DNA of 61,192 nt from a virus (IMGVR_UViG_3300031669_000025:1-61192), one strand, 5' to 3'; counted from the stretch's first letter, positions 47,301-57,713 are shown. Numbers and translations: made by a program. Notes: generated by a model not told the origin, from the letters alone.

Positions 47301-49162
47301 GGATCAATACCAAAGTATTGTTGAAATTCTTCTTTAGGTAATGATTTAAAATCATCTATATCATCCATGAGTTGTTCAAACTTTCCAGTTTTAACTCTGG
47401 AAAGGACAAAACTTTTGAATGAATCATTCTTTAAATTCTTATAAGTATAAATATCATTATTCTTGATAGCCTCATCCATCTCCTTTTGGAGTGTAAGAAA
47501 TCTAACTCCATTATCTATCTTATCTGAATTTTTATTAAATATATCTTTACCTTGAGAATTAAGTATATCAACAAATTTTTTACCTAACTCATTTTTTTCA
47601 TCAATTTCTTTTAATGACCTTCTTATTTCACCAGTAACAGTTCCAGATATTACACCAGTTAATCCACCAAGTAACATAGATTCCTGACCATTCTTAGTTC
47701 CAAAACTTTGGTCAATACCATACTTAGTAGCCTCAACTAAATCTGCAAAATCTGCTTTACCATTCTTATTAAACTTCTTATCATAATAATCTTGAGTAGA
47801 AGCCTGAAAAATATTCTGCATATTTTCCTCGTTACTTTCTGTAATAAGCCCAGGAGTCCAAGCCTTTACTTTAGCCATAACTTTAGATAACTTAGTAGCA
47901 TCATTAAGAACATAGTTACTACCTTCTTTAGTTATCCTCTCAGCAACTTCTTGAGTTGCTTTACCCATATCCTGTATTGCAGTTTTTTGAAGTGTTTTAT
48001 GACCAGATAGATATTTACTAAACTGTATTAAATCACTGCCAGCAAGAAGAGGTAAATTTAAAAGGTAATCCCAATTACCAGCAGAAGAAGAATATTTATC
48101 TACATCTTTAAGTTTATTTTCATAAAGATTAGGTTCCCATACTTGTAACTCTTTACTTAAAGCTTCTTGTCCTTGTGGAGTTATTTGTTTTTCCCATTTT
48201 TCTCGATCTCCAACTCCTGATCTATTAAATGTATAATATTCTGGATGTGCAATTTCAAAATCATTAATAACTTGCGCTCTAGTTTTAACTTTACCTTCCT
48301 TAACCTGTTGGTTAAGTTCATCCATATAAGCCTGTTGAGAACTTTGCTTAGTCTGAAGTGCTTCTGATGTAGCTTCAGTTCCAGCAGAAAGTAATGCAGA
48401 ACCTGCTTTAGTGGCTGCATTTACTATTGAACTTTGTTTTGCTGTTATATCTAAAGCTTTTTCTAAAGCTTGTGCTTTATTCATACCCTGAGCTAGATAA
48501 GCTGCCTCATACTTTAAAGCATTACCTGTTAATTCAGCACCTCTAGCAGAAGCCATCAATTTACCAGCAGCAGAAAATGCTTTAAATAATGCTCCACTAC
48601 CAACCCAACCACCACCAATAGCACCTACTATATATCCTGCATTCTTTAATATCTTATCGGAGAGAAAATTCCAAGTAAAAATATTATGTTTTAAATTGAA
48701 TGCCCCAGCATTTAATTCTTCATTAGTATAATAATTAGGAAGATAATCTTCCATTGCTTTATTAAACTCATCAAATTTTCTAGATATATCATTATCATAT
48801 ACCTTAGAAAAATCACCTTCCGCAATTGCTTGAATTATACCATAAGGTAATGATGTAAAAGTAGTAGCAAATGTAGTAGCGGCTAAACCTGTTCCTTTCA
48901 ATAATCCAGCACCTACTTTTTCATACCAATGTTGATCTAAACCTCTAATTTCTGATAAATTATCTAAAGCACCAGCAGGAGTTCCATTATCAAATTTAGA
49001 TGAATATTTATCACCTATACCTAAAAATTCTGGAGTATCTTGAAATGTACTTCCATAATTATATCCTGTTTGAAAAAATGGAGATTTAGTTAAATCTTTG
49101 TTAGTAGGAGGTAATAATGAATTAACATTATCATCTTGTAAAAAAGTATTGTCAATTGGCAT
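44330..49162 (-). CDS. Large virion ejection/cargo protein (1610 aa)
   Basis: Gly/Ala-rich membrane-like N-terminal part, EENMQ motif, internal HPD module; upstream of the vRNAP. Confidence 0.75.
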   Translation of the reverse strand: MPIDNTFLQDDNVNSLLPPTNKDLTKSPFFQTGYNYGSTFQDTPEFLGIGDKYSSKFDNGTPAGALDNLSEIRGLDQHWYEKVGAGLLKGTGLAATTFATTFTSLPYGIIQAIAEGDFSKVYDNDISRKFDEFNKAMEDYLPNYYTNEELNAGAFNLKHNIFTWNFLSDKILKNAGYIVGAIGGGWVGSGALFKAFSAAGKLMASARGAELTGNALKYEAAYLAQGMNKAQALEKALDITAKQSSIVNAATKAGSALLSAGTEATSEALQTKQSSQQAYMDELNQQVKEGKVKTRAQVINDFEIAHPEYYTFNRSGVGDREKWEKQITPQGQEALSKELQVWEPNLYENKLKDVDKYSSSAGNWDYLLNLPLLAGSDLIQFSKYLSGHKTLQKTAIQDMGKATQEVAERITKEGSNYVLNDATKLSKVMAKVKAWTPGLITESNEENMQNIFQASTQDYYDKKFNKNGKADFADLVEATKYGIDQSFGTKNGQESMLLGGLTGVISGTVTGEIRRSLKEIDEKNELGKKFVDILNSQGKDIFNKNSDKIDNGVRFLTLQKEMDEAIKNNDIYTYKNLKNDSFKSFVLSRVKTGKFEQLMDDIDDFKSLPKEEFQQYFGIDPAVDSKQPMQYIEMMKQEATKLNDLYNNLQILHPEASQETLEVMYGEASKLQNLGRRNDELLSTISKSPEIHAAMQNFLENSNDENSKILEKTIKDNNHIFTQTGENGTQLVSDYLRLAMDRRNAIKTLDLYSTPEGVKRLNKITEEKKRINDNEFTGNLNKVLVQLKGEVKDARVKAQAEKLNEVIPNQEVISNPVDIDEYNALNANDEFASQPKSKQENISTNVTSELETKKADIEKRRNEESDNIVEKIVNRGEENKRSGPITEEDKKPLPKDHFDNLFSKISNVLNGNEKIENERANKLLKQYLKETHPDKFQDENKKEIAGIFSTAMINVARKGDITKLNELYNQYKEINAKYDAELAKLESAESNTQPEVKIATDVNPGARKQLNTMGYKDSDVDNLSRQDREVILKNGISKEDWNVISQNRQEVISETVTKVVADPLNLDSDKEKEISEEFANTNKTLQDNNGAKEINDNGTISYTNTKIDNPSNALAHRDRQYKREVREVNGKTRVVYTDETNELDKDAALDLMNPYKFNVGDNISFEVADDGEIQIYDPDTEGKELISWGAYKQRLIDTHPNEDVTKLQEYIDNVPIRVTGQNVFLHNDSWINPENTIADLQRSKLQLRNIRTGIINNKGKYKTKIEDVSNGVLFLLSNNESHSAKDAVGEDSRYTIAVATRTEFKTGKNDVFKEEVVNQHVIPGATYLIVKTANGKNLGIVLNSPRIETMDERDEIKQSILEAINAHLDGNEEVAKNIEDITKKNVLTSQGLSDFLNMFLYRYDTRGSMLRDIIDSIPHATNNTYFTMNNGVIEFFDGNLDRKGGRPYSISKEHQELRGLVMDRLERTLDGLYLNTNIEEFADNKNIAIFDGEKFNSRPYKEFVMNNLTTKVKGNKVGERNSKPVYSYTLNPVVRADFSEFNEESKKLQEETKEVKEPKIKEVKTTKSELSQDSLDLINAFDSWSDLPYVPSDKPSDTFDKDIIDSNKKC

Positions 49163-49166
49163 ATTA

Positions 49167-51050
49167 TTACCTATTTTGTTTTTGTTGTTGTGTGAAATTT
49201 AAACCATAATTTCCTAAATTAGATAAATGTCCAGCCATCATACTATTAATAGCATTAACAAAAGTTCCATAATCAACATCTTTTGCTTGTTGACCATGAA
49301 TTTTATCCACAATAGTATATTTATCATCTCCATTATATGTAGCAGAGAATAAAGAATTATCATCTATTACTTGAGAATTTTTAATATTATCAGATAATAT
49401 TTTTCTAGCTTTTTGTAAAGAATGAGATACTGCATTAGTAAAAGTATCAAAAGTTAAATTAATATTCTTTGACTTACCATTACCTAAATCAATTGAGGTA
49501 GAAAATTCCCCAGTTCTAGTATTATAATTTAATGCATTATTAGTTATCTGTTTAATTATTTCATTTTGATCTAAATCTAATTTATCTGCGACCTGTGCTA
49601 TACCTATATTACCAGAAGAGTCATTACCCAATCTAAAAGTCATACTATTAACAAATTGAGGATTATTATCTTTTAATGCTGAAATACCTTTTTGAACTAA
49701 AGGATTAATAGCATTATATTTTGGAACATCTTTATATGTATATTCTTTATCTGAATCATACATTTCTGCCCATCCTTTATCTGTAGTAGGTAATGCAATA
49801 CCATTAGCTTTTAATAATTGACTTTGATTTTTTTTATAATCATCTAAAATATCTTGAGCTTGTTTTATTTTTTCTTCTTTATTTTTTAATTTGTATGCTA
49901 GTATATCTGGTGCTAATGATCCAGCAAGGTCCATAATATTAGAACCCTTTGTATTTGCTATATAGTTATCTACATTTTCTTTTGCTTTTTCAATATCACT
50001 TAAATTATTGAAATCTCCAGTAAACCAATATGGCTTATCAAACAAGCTAGTCATAGATTCTTTTCTGGTAGCAAAAGCATTGTCTTCTAATGTTCCATCA
50101 AAAGAATTCATAAAAGGATTTATAGGTTGATTTAAAGTATTTTGTCTTTGATCTGCTGGAACTTCTAAATGTTGAATATCATTAGCCTTAGAAGTTTGAC
50201 CTTTAATTATATTTGCAACATATTGTCCAATAGCATTAGGATTTTTTATGTTAGCAAACTCTTGACTAGCTTGAGGTGCGTCATTAAGAAAATGTTTAAC
50301 TATTTCTTGCCCAGTAGAATTAAGATTACCATCCTTATTAAACATATAATCTTGAATTTCTTGATCACTTTTACCTCTATATTTTATAGAGTTCATTAAC
50401 CAAGCATATTTAGGGTCTTGTGCTAAGTTTGTTTCACTACCACTTTGTTGTAATGCCTTAGAATATTCTTCATCAATCCATTTACTAAAGTCTCCAGCAG
50501 CTCTAACATTATAAGTAGGTAAAGCATAAGTTCCATTAGGTTGTAATACAGATTTATTACCAAATATTTCATCAGGAGATATATCAACCCTATTAACATT
50601 ACCATTATCATCAATTACAGCTTTCTTTGGGCCAATACCTTGTGCTACTAAAGTATCATAAAGTTGTTTTGCTTTAGCCTGATTATCATAATTAGTTTGA
50701 ATCAAGTTGAAGATAGGTTTTGATGCAATAAGTTTAGATGCAATAGACTTTCTAGCTAAAGCATAATCACCATTATATTTAGTATCTACTTCTTTTTGAA
50801 TATCATCATTAACTTTCTGTAATGCTTGAGCAGCTACAGGCATATCATCATTAGTAGCTTTCATATCACCAACTTGAGCAGCAAATTGTTCAGGCATCAT
50901 AGAAGCCTCATTATACTCCTTATTACGCTCAGTAAGATACTGCATTGCTAAAGCATCTCCACCACTATAATCTGTAGGATTATAATTAACTACTTGTGCT
51001 TGAGATTGATTTTGATTCTGATATGGATAACTATATCTATTATTAGGCAT
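49167..51050 (-). CDS. Virion cargo protein (627 aa)
   Basis: N/Q/D-rich, Cys-free, in the cargo gene block. Confidence 0.65.
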   Translation of the reverse strand: MPNNRYSYPYQNQNQSQAQVVNYNPTDYSGGDALAMQYLTERNKEYNEASMMPEQFAAQVGDMKATNDDMPVAAQALQKVNDDIQKEVDTKYNGDYALARKSIASKLIASKPIFNLIQTNYDNQAKAKQLYDTLVAQGIGPKKAVIDDNGNVNRVDISPDEIFGNKSVLQPNGTYALPTYNVRAAGDFSKWIDEEYSKALQQSGSETNLAQDPKYAWLMNSIKYRGKSDQEIQDYMFNKDGNLNSTGQEIVKHFLNDAPQASQEFANIKNPNAIGQYVANIIKGQTSKANDIQHLEVPADQRQNTLNQPINPFMNSFDGTLEDNAFATRKESMTSLFDKPYWFTGDFNNLSDIEKAKENVDNYIANTKGSNIMDLAGSLAPDILAYKLKNKEEKIKQAQDILDDYKKNQSQLLKANGIALPTTDKGWAEMYDSDKEYTYKDVPKYNAINPLVQKGISALKDNNPQFVNSMTFRLGNDSSGNIGIAQVADKLDLDQNEIIKQITNNALNYNTRTGEFSTSIDLGNGKSKNINLTFDTFTNAVSHSLQKARKILSDNIKNSQVIDDNSLFSATYNGDDKYTIVDKIHGQQAKDVDYGTFVNAINSMMAGHLSNLGNYGLNFTQQQKQNR

Positions 51051-51055
51051 ACTCT

Positions 51056-53197
51056 TTATTTTTTATTTTTTACTTTAGGAACAAACATTGGTCTACCTGT
51101 TGATGGATTTTTATAAATATCATAATTTTCATTAAGTTGTGCCATATCCCACATATTCTTTCTGGAACCTGCTCTACTAAAGGCATCTACAGGAGTTTGA
51201 ATCACAGCAGCTCTATATCCTGCTTGAGTGTTATTATAAGTTTGATTCTGATTATTATTAATCTCAGCCTCTCTATTACCAATCTCAGCATTAGTCATAT
51301 CTGCTTGAGTTCCTAACTGAGCATTACTTTGTGCTTCTTGACTATAACTATTTAAAGTATTTTCTCCTAAACTCTTATCTACACCTTGAATAGCATTAAT
51401 AGAATTGGCTCTATACCCAGCATCTTTAGGCATACCCCTCATCATATTAACTTTAGTATTTTGAGCAGAATCTTCCATTGCAGTTCTAGCAGCAGATAAG
51501 TCTACAGTTCTAGGTGTTACTCTAGATAATCTAATATTACCAGGTTTTTTATTTAAAGCCATTTGTGCTAAATTTCCCACCATACTTGCTCCAGCACTAA
51601 TATAATCCATTGTATTATTACCAGTGTATAGTTTATTACCTACATCACCATTATTATCTATTAGTGTTCCATATCCATCATAATTTTTTCCAACTATATT
51701 AAATCCACCATCATCATACTTAGGTAAAGTTCCACCATATTTATAATCCTCAGCATTTTGATTCTCATTCTGGAATGTAGGAAACTTAAAAGGTTTTGGT
51801 GCAGTTTGTCCTGCTGAATTACCACTGAATCCATAGTCTCCTGCTTGACTTGGAAGTAATGCAGGAACTAAAGTATTATAATTAATAGTAGGTATACCTT
51901 CTTTATCTACATGATAATAATCTGTAAATGCATCTGGATGTTGTTCTAGATAAGGTTCTACAAGTTTATTGAAACCTTTTATATCATTATAAGAAGCACC
52001 AGCTACTTTATTAGTATTAGCCCATCCAGCTTTCTTTAATATCCAGCCTAAGTCTTCTCTAATTTTTGCTGCATCATTAGTATTAGTAGGAGTTGCAACT
52101 GCTGTTCCAGAATTAAATCCTGCACTAGGATCATATATTGGAACAGTAGTATTTTCATTAGAAGGAGATATATTACTAGCCATTGGTATAGTTACATCAT
52201 CATTAGTTTTAAAAATAGGTGGTGGAGTTAATTTCTCAGGCCCACCAGTTAAATACATTGGAACTTCACCATCTAACATACCACCATAAGCATGATGCCA
52301 CTTAGCAGCATTTTGTGCAAATACAGCTCTCTTACGAGTTAGAGGATTTTTACTATGAGTTAACTCTTCAGTAGTTTTACCCGTTTTTTCTTTAGTTTCA
52401 GTAAATTTACCTTTATTTGCTGGATTAATATGTATACCGCCATCAGCATACATTAACCCACCATAAGCCATCATAGGTTGTTCTTGTTGTTCCATAGGTT
52501 GTTCTTGTGTTTGAGGTTGACCTTGAACTTGTTGTTGTGTATTTTCACTATTCATTATCTTCTTAGTTGCTTCTTGTTGAGCAGCTAAATCATCAAGGTC
52601 TTGAGTTAAACCTTTTAATGCAATAGGATCATGTTTATCTAACTTCTTTCCAAGTCTTGTCTCATACTTAGAATATATTTTTTTAGCTTCTTTAGCAAAA
52701 CCTAATCTTTCTGAAAAGATATAGGTATTACCAGTAGGTAATTTCCATGCAACTTCTTTATCTTCAGTTAGTCCTGTAACTGGTGCTCCTGATTGTGCTG
52801 AAGGATTGCCATTAGCATCAATAGGTATTCCACCATTTGGCCCCTCATGAGTTTGACCAGTATAGTTAACTATTCCACCAGTAGCAAAAGTAGGAATATT
52901 AGGTTGATTAGGTTTCATATTAGCATTTAAAGAATTAACAGCACTATTATAATCTTGCTGCTGATTATTACTTTCTTGTGCTTTTTTCATGGCATCATTT
53001 TCTTGAATTGAGCCTCCCATCTTACCTCCAATTGAGGCCCCAATAGATGTTCCAATTCCTGGAGCAATTACAGTTCCTATAGCACCACCAACAATAGCCC
53101 CAGTAACTCCTGCATTTTCTTTTAACCAACTACCTAAACTATATTCAGGAAACTGAGTTAAATCAATCTTTTTATATTTTTTATATTTATTTCTCAT
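51056..53197 (-). CDS. Virion cargo protein (713 aa) with glycine-zipper and repeated aromatic-x-x-GG motifs
   Basis: GAIVGGAIG...GASIGG; THEG..GGI; IHINPANKGKFT...FAQNA; multiple (Y/F)xxGG. Confidence 0.75.
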   Translation of the reverse strand: MRNKYKKYKKIDLTQFPEYSLGSWLKENAGVTGAIVGGAIGTVIAPGIGTSIGASIGGKMGGSIQENDAMKKAQESNNQQQDYNSAVNSLNANMKPNQPNIPTFATGGIVNYTGQTHEGPNGGIPIDANGNPSAQSGAPVTGLTEDKEVAWKLPTGNTYIFSERLGFAKEAKKIYSKYETRLGKKLDKHDPIALKGLTQDLDDLAAQQEATKKIMNSENTQQQVQGQPQTQEQPMEQQEQPMMAYGGLMYADGGIHINPANKGKFTETKEKTGKTTEELTHSKNPLTRKRAVFAQNAAKWHHAYGGMLDGEVPMYLTGGPEKLTPPPIFKTNDDVTIPMASNISPSNENTTVPIYDPSAGFNSGTAVATPTNTNDAAKIREDLGWILKKAGWANTNKVAGASYNDIKGFNKLVEPYLEQHPDAFTDYYHVDKEGIPTINYNTLVPALLPSQAGDYGFSGNSAGQTAPKPFKFPTFQNENQNAEDYKYGGTLPKYDDGGFNIVGKNYDGYGTLIDNNGDVGNKLYTGNNTMDYISAGASMVGNLAQMALNKKPGNIRLSRVTPRTVDLSAARTAMEDSAQNTKVNMMRGMPKDAGYRANSINAIQGVDKSLGENTLNSYSQEAQSNAQLGTQADMTNAEIGNREAEINNNQNQTYNNTQAGYRAAVIQTPVDAFSRAGSRKNMWDMAQLNENYDIYKNPSTGRPMFVPKVKNKK

Positions 53198-53214
53198 GGC
53201 TACTTCTTAATTTA

Positions 53215-53246
53215 CAAATATAGTATAATGATGAATTACTTGCAAA
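53215..53246 (-). promoter_or_regulatory. Bacteroidota sigma-A promoter for the cargo/vRNAP operon
   Basis: On the - strand: TTTG (53246-53243), 20-nt spacer, TATATTTG (53222-53215), matching TTTG-N19-21-TAnnTTTG. Confidence 0.75.
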
Positions 53247-53267
53247 TAAATTATTTAACAAATAATA

Positions 53268-56200
53268 TTAAGTATTTTTATTCCAAAGATTTAATGGAGT
53301 ATAAGTTGTTATTATATCATGTAGAATAAATGGATTTGTAGTATCACTATAGGTTAATTCTAATCCTAAGTAAGTATCCTTCATTCTACTATTTTCTGAA
53401 TCACTATCAAATATAGTATTAGTTCTCCAATTTCTAAATCTTTGAATAAATACATCTTCATCTGAAGTAGCTATTGAACCACTATTTTGATAGGAGTTGT
53501 AACATCTGTAAGTATCACATTTATAATCTCCAAAAGTAAAGGTAAGAACTTCATACCTGTTTACTATCTCACCATTTGGATTTATGATAACATTAATAAG
53601 GATAGGATAACTACTACCATAATATGTAGGAGCCTGACCAGCAGTTTCATCATGTTTATATAGTTTAGGTTTATTATTAATAAAATCAGTGCTAAATACA
53701 CTATTACCAATCTTATAATAATCTAGTGTTCCATAAGTATCTACTGAAATAAATGCATTAGTTAATTCATTATATACTAATGATTTACCTATATTACCAA
53801 AACTTATTAATATCTCATTTCTAAAGTAATCTGACATTAAAGTAATAGGTAAAGTTTTAGCATAAACTCCACTTGCTATATTAATCATTCCACTAATATT
53901 ACCATTAATAAAAGTTCCTACACCTAATACATCAGATAAAACTTTATGTTGACTAGCCCAGGTGCATATTTTATTATTATTAGTATCATAGAAATATAGG
54001 GCATTTTGAGTGCTAGTTAGATTTCTTAGATGAGTTATACCAGCACCTGTGTTTAAGTAGTCAAATCTATCTAAAACACCCCCTACACCAAGCACTGTTG
54101 CTTGACCATCAGTAGTAGTTGTAACACTTTTTTCTTGAACTGGTAAATAACCATATGCTTTTTCTTGAAAGAAAAATAGTTGGTTATTGAAAGTATAGAG
54201 TGCTATTAAATCATTAAATTTAGTATCTAAATCTTTAAAGTTATTGGGATAGAATTTTGACCAACTATCACTACTTTCTCCATTAACTTTTTCTTCAGCC
54301 CTAATTATTCTAGTAGGATATTCTTTATTACTTGAATATGTAGCAGGTTTAGATATATAAATTCTACTATCAAATATTTGTGAGTATGCTGAATTATAAG
54401 TATATAAAGAAAAATCTTGAGTATATAGTGTATCTACATTATTTAGTTGATAAACTCCAGGAATCTCGTGCATAGCATAGTAAGGAGCAGCAGTAGTTCC
54501 ACCATTATATAAAGTATTAATAGTTGGATTAACTACATAATTTAGATCAATAGTAGTTTCTACAGGAATAAACATTACTTCACCTAAGTTATCTGTTCCA
54601 TCTAATTTATCTTCCCATATAGTTCTATTGTATTCAAACATATTGATATTACAATCCCCAAACTGAGCATCAATAGTATAGGAATCTACTCCATCTTGTA
54701 GATAAACTACTCTAGAAGCAGGTATAAATGTATTATACTCTATAGCATTTAAACTAGGGCCACCATAAGGATATGTTACTTGTCTTAATCTACAGTATGG
54801 AGTTACATTATTAAGAGATGTAAAATTATCTACTAACTGAATCATTGGTGTGCTACCTTTATAAGCATGAACATTTTCTGTTAATCCTCTATTAACATTA
54901 TTTTTAATAGTTATTCCATCTATAGTAATAGAGTTATCATTATCATCCACACAGTTTCTTCCATAAATATTAGCAATATTTAAATAAAATGGAGATGTTG
55001 TATCATATTCTCTAACCTTAGTTACAGAATAACTACTATTTCCACCATCAATATCACTAATTATAGAAGTCTTAACTTTTCTTTTTATATCTAATCTTGT
55101 TCCTTGTAATATAGTTTTATTATTAAAATTATATTCTGGAGTAATAAATTCTAAAATATTTCTTTGAGATATATTAGTATTAGAATTATCTGCTAAAAAA
55201 GGTCTTATATAACCATATTGTGTAGGTGTATTAATTTGAAATAGTGTGGTAGTTCCTGTTTTACTTAAATGTCCTGCTATACCACATGCCACTACAGTTC
55301 TATCTGAAGGTGTTCTCTCACATCTAAGTATTTGAAAGGAATCTATACTATCATGTATATCTGTAGGAATATTTACAGTAAATTGCGGATATAAATATTT
55401 AGCTGTTATATTTGTACTTAGAGAATCATAAGTAATAAAATCTGTATTAGGAAACCTAATATCATCAATCCATTTTACAAAAGAAGATTGCCCATAACCA
55501 TTAAAGAATACAATTACAAATCTATATATTTCATCTCTAAAATAACTTTTAGGTATTCTATCTACCCCAGTTAGTAGTTGATTACCAGTATTTTTATCTC
55601 CTAAATTATCTATTAAAACATCAGCAGTAATAAAAGAGTAAGATATGTTGGCACCACTACCACCAGTAACAGAGCCGTTACTTTGAAAAGTTTTTACATC
55701 ACTTCCATTTGTAGAATCATTAGTAAGATAGTTATATGGGTTAAAATCACCTGTATAAGTATTACCTAAATAATCATATCTTTTTGCTCTGGCATCAAAA
55801 TCTATATCAAAAGAATCCTCATTAATATTACCTAAAAATAAATAGTTATTTTTAGTTTCTATTGTCTTAGGAGTAATTTTCCTAATTAAGTAATTTACTT
55901 CATCTTGAGTTAAAGTTCCTAAATCTTGACCACTATCTATAATCTCAGTTGTAGGAAATGTAGCAGTAGTATCTGCTATAATAGTATAAGTAGGTGGTTG
56001 TCCATATACATTATATTGAACTCTTACTACTCTTATTCTATCATAGGTATTATAAGAAGTAGAGTTGTAGTTAAATATTGTTAACCTAACTCCTTTATTA
56101 GTAACTTCTCCAACAGGAGTTCCTCTATAGTCTGTAGAATTACCACTTTCAGAACTTTTAGTTATACTTACTAGTTGGCTAAAATCTGGATTAAATACTG

Positions 56201-56846
56201 TCTCAACTCCATTAACATTATAAAATTGATGAGTATATTGAACTCTTCCTGCCTTTAATGTTCCTGAAGTTAAGTCTACTGCATATCCACCTACTCCAAA
56301 ATTAACTGCATATACCATATCAAATGAAGCAGGGTCTTGAGTTGCTATAGTAGGAGATACTACATTAACTATCTTCATTTGAGATTTACCATCAATAATA
56401 TAAAGTTTTAATAAATCTGGTCTTTCATTCCTAGGTATAATTTGAACAGGAGTATCTAACACATTATCTAACCTATTATAAAATAAACCTGTAGCACCAA
56501 TTTTACCATCTCTAATTTGATAGGATACTAAATTAAGATGAGGTGTTGCTACAAAATCTATAGTTGGGATTAAATAAAGTCTATTACTAAGGTTAGGAGA
56601 AGTTCCATAACAACTAATTATAGCAGTATAATCTCCTATCTCAGATACACCTATTAAATACTCATTACTAGTTTGAAATTGAATCCACTCAGTATTACCA
56701 GGAGAACCTGTAATAACACCATTAAGTCCTATTGAAGTATTATTAATGACTCTAACATTCTGAGCCATATAAGTTTCATTAGAAGATTTATTAAAGTTAG
56801 TATCATAGTCTAACCCTTTAGAGAAGGTATTTACAGTTTTAGCCAT
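53268..56846 (-). CDS. Tail muzzle/stabilisation protein (P22 gp10-like)
   Basis: NTFSKGLDYD...AQNVR start; SYFRDEIYRF.IVF...G..S...WI.DIRFP; beta-propeller character; C-terminal R..W...RMKD.Y. Confidence 0.8.
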   Translation of the reverse strand: MAKTVNTFSKGLDYDTNFNKSSNETYMAQNVRVINNTSIGLNGVITGSPGNTEWIQFQTSNEYLIGVSEIGDYTAIISCYGTSPNLSNRLYLIPTIDFVATPHLNLVSYQIRDGKIGATGLFYNRLDNVLDTPVQIIPRNERPDLLKLYIIDGKSQMKIVNVVSPTIATQDPASFDMVYAVNFGVGGYAVDLTSGTLKAGRVQYTHQFYNVNGVETVFNPDFSQLVSITKSSESGNSTDYRGTPVGEVTNKGVRLTIFNYNSTSYNTYDRIRVVRVQYNVYGQPPTYTIIADTTATFPTTEIIDSGQDLGTLTQDEVNYLIRKITPKTIETKNNYLFLGNINEDSFDIDFDARAKRYDYLGNTYTGDFNPYNYLTNDSTNGSDVKTFQSNGSVTGGSGANISYSFITADVLIDNLGDKNTGNQLLTGVDRIPKSYFRDEIYRFVIVFFNGYGQSSFVKWIDDIRFPNTDFITYDSLSTNITAKYLYPQFTVNIPTDIHDSIDSFQILRCERTPSDRTVVACGIAGHLSKTGTTTLFQINTPTQYGYIRPFLADNSNTNISQRNILEFITPEYNFNNKTILQGTRLDIKRKVKTSIISDIDGGNSSYSVTKVREYDTTSPFYLNIANIYGRNCVDDNDNSITIDGITIKNNVNRGLTENVHAYKGSTPMIQLVDNFTSLNNVTPYCRLRQVTYPYGGPSLNAIEYNTFIPASRVVYLQDGVDSYTIDAQFGDCNINMFEYNRTIWEDKLDGTDNLGEVMFIPVETTIDLNYVVNPTINTLYNGGTTAAPYYAMHEIPGVYQLNNVDTLYTQDFSLYTYNSAYSQIFDSRIYISKPATYSSNKEYPTRIIRAEEKVNGESSDSWSKFYPNNFKDLDTKFNDLIALYTFNNQLFFFQEKAYGYLPVQEKSVTTTTDGQATVLGVGGVLDRFDYLNTGAGITHLRNLTSTQNALYFYDTNNNKICTWASQHKVLSDVLGVGTFINGNISGMINIASGVYAKTLPITLMSDYFRNEILISFGNIGKSLVYNELTNAFISVDTYGTLDYYKIGNSVFSTDFINNKPKLYKHDETAGQAPTYYGSSYPILINVIINPNGEIVNRYEVLTFTFGDYKCDTYRCYNSYQNSGSIATSDEDVFIQRFRNWRTNTIFDSDSENSRMKDTYLGLELTYSDTTNPFILHDIITTYTPLNLWNKNT

Positions 56847-56850
56847 ATAA

Positions 56851-57711
56851 CTACACTCTTAATGTATCTTGTTGGTCTAGGTTTTGAAATCCTGAGTTAA
56901 ACTCATTTACTCTTGGAATAAGAGATATAACCCTATTTTTAATTTGTTCCATTCTAGCCATACCTGGAGTACTACTTTTAGTAATAGCAGATGCAGCAGA
57001 ATGATAATATTGTGTTTCTATCCAATCCTTTTTTTCTCTACTAAGTTCATCTTTAAACCATAGTTTAGTAGCAACCTTAAATGAGATATAATCTACACAC
57101 ATTCTAATTACATTAGCATCATTAGGTATTTTAGGAGTATAATCATCATACATTGGAAATGCTTGATAAGATATTTCAAGAACTGTATTCTTAATACCAC
57201 ATCTAAGTAAGTCACCATTAACTTTAAATGTATACCTATCAGTATTACCACCTACAGGAAGTATTGCACCATAGATAGTAGAATCTACACTACCATTGGG
57301 GTATACTACATTCTCTCCATAGGTAATAACTATAGGTGTATTAGCATCTAAACTACCTGGAGTTATGTTATTTTCACTATAGTTAAGTAGTGGAGTAGAT
57401 TGAAATGCATCAGGTCTACTAACAGTATTTCCAACATAGGTAAAAGAATCAGTAGTTTCTGTTAAAGGATACCTAGACTTCTTTTCCCTTATCATCATAT
57501 TAGTAGGATTATACAAATCTTCTGGAAGCATACCATTATAGTCCATAATTTCTATCTCACCAAATCTATCTACTAACATACTTTCATTAAAAGTATATCC
57601 TATAACATCCCATACAAATTCTTTTGCAGAGGATATATCTACATCTAATCCATAATTTTCTTTAATCTTATGAATAATTTCTTCTATCCTAGTATATCCT
57701 ACATTAATCAT
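56851..57711 (-). CDS. Tail ring/adaptor protein
   Basis: LPEDL, ISYQAFP..D...PKIP motifs; position next to the muzzle gene. Confidence 0.7.
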   Translation of the reverse strand: MINVGYTRIEEIIHKIKENYGLDVDISSAKEFVWDVIGYTFNESMLVDRFGEIEIMDYNGMLPEDLYNPTNMMIREKKSRYPLTETTDSFTYVGNTVSRPDAFQSTPLLNYSENNITPGSLDANTPIVITYGENVVYPNGSVDSTIYGAILPVGGNTDRYTFKVNGDLLRCGIKNTVLEISYQAFPMYDDYTPKIPNDANVIRMCVDYISFKVATKLWFKDELSREKKDWIETQYYHSAASAITKSSTPGMARMEQIKNRVISLIPRVNEFNSGFQNLDQQDTLRV

Positions 57712-57713
57712 AA

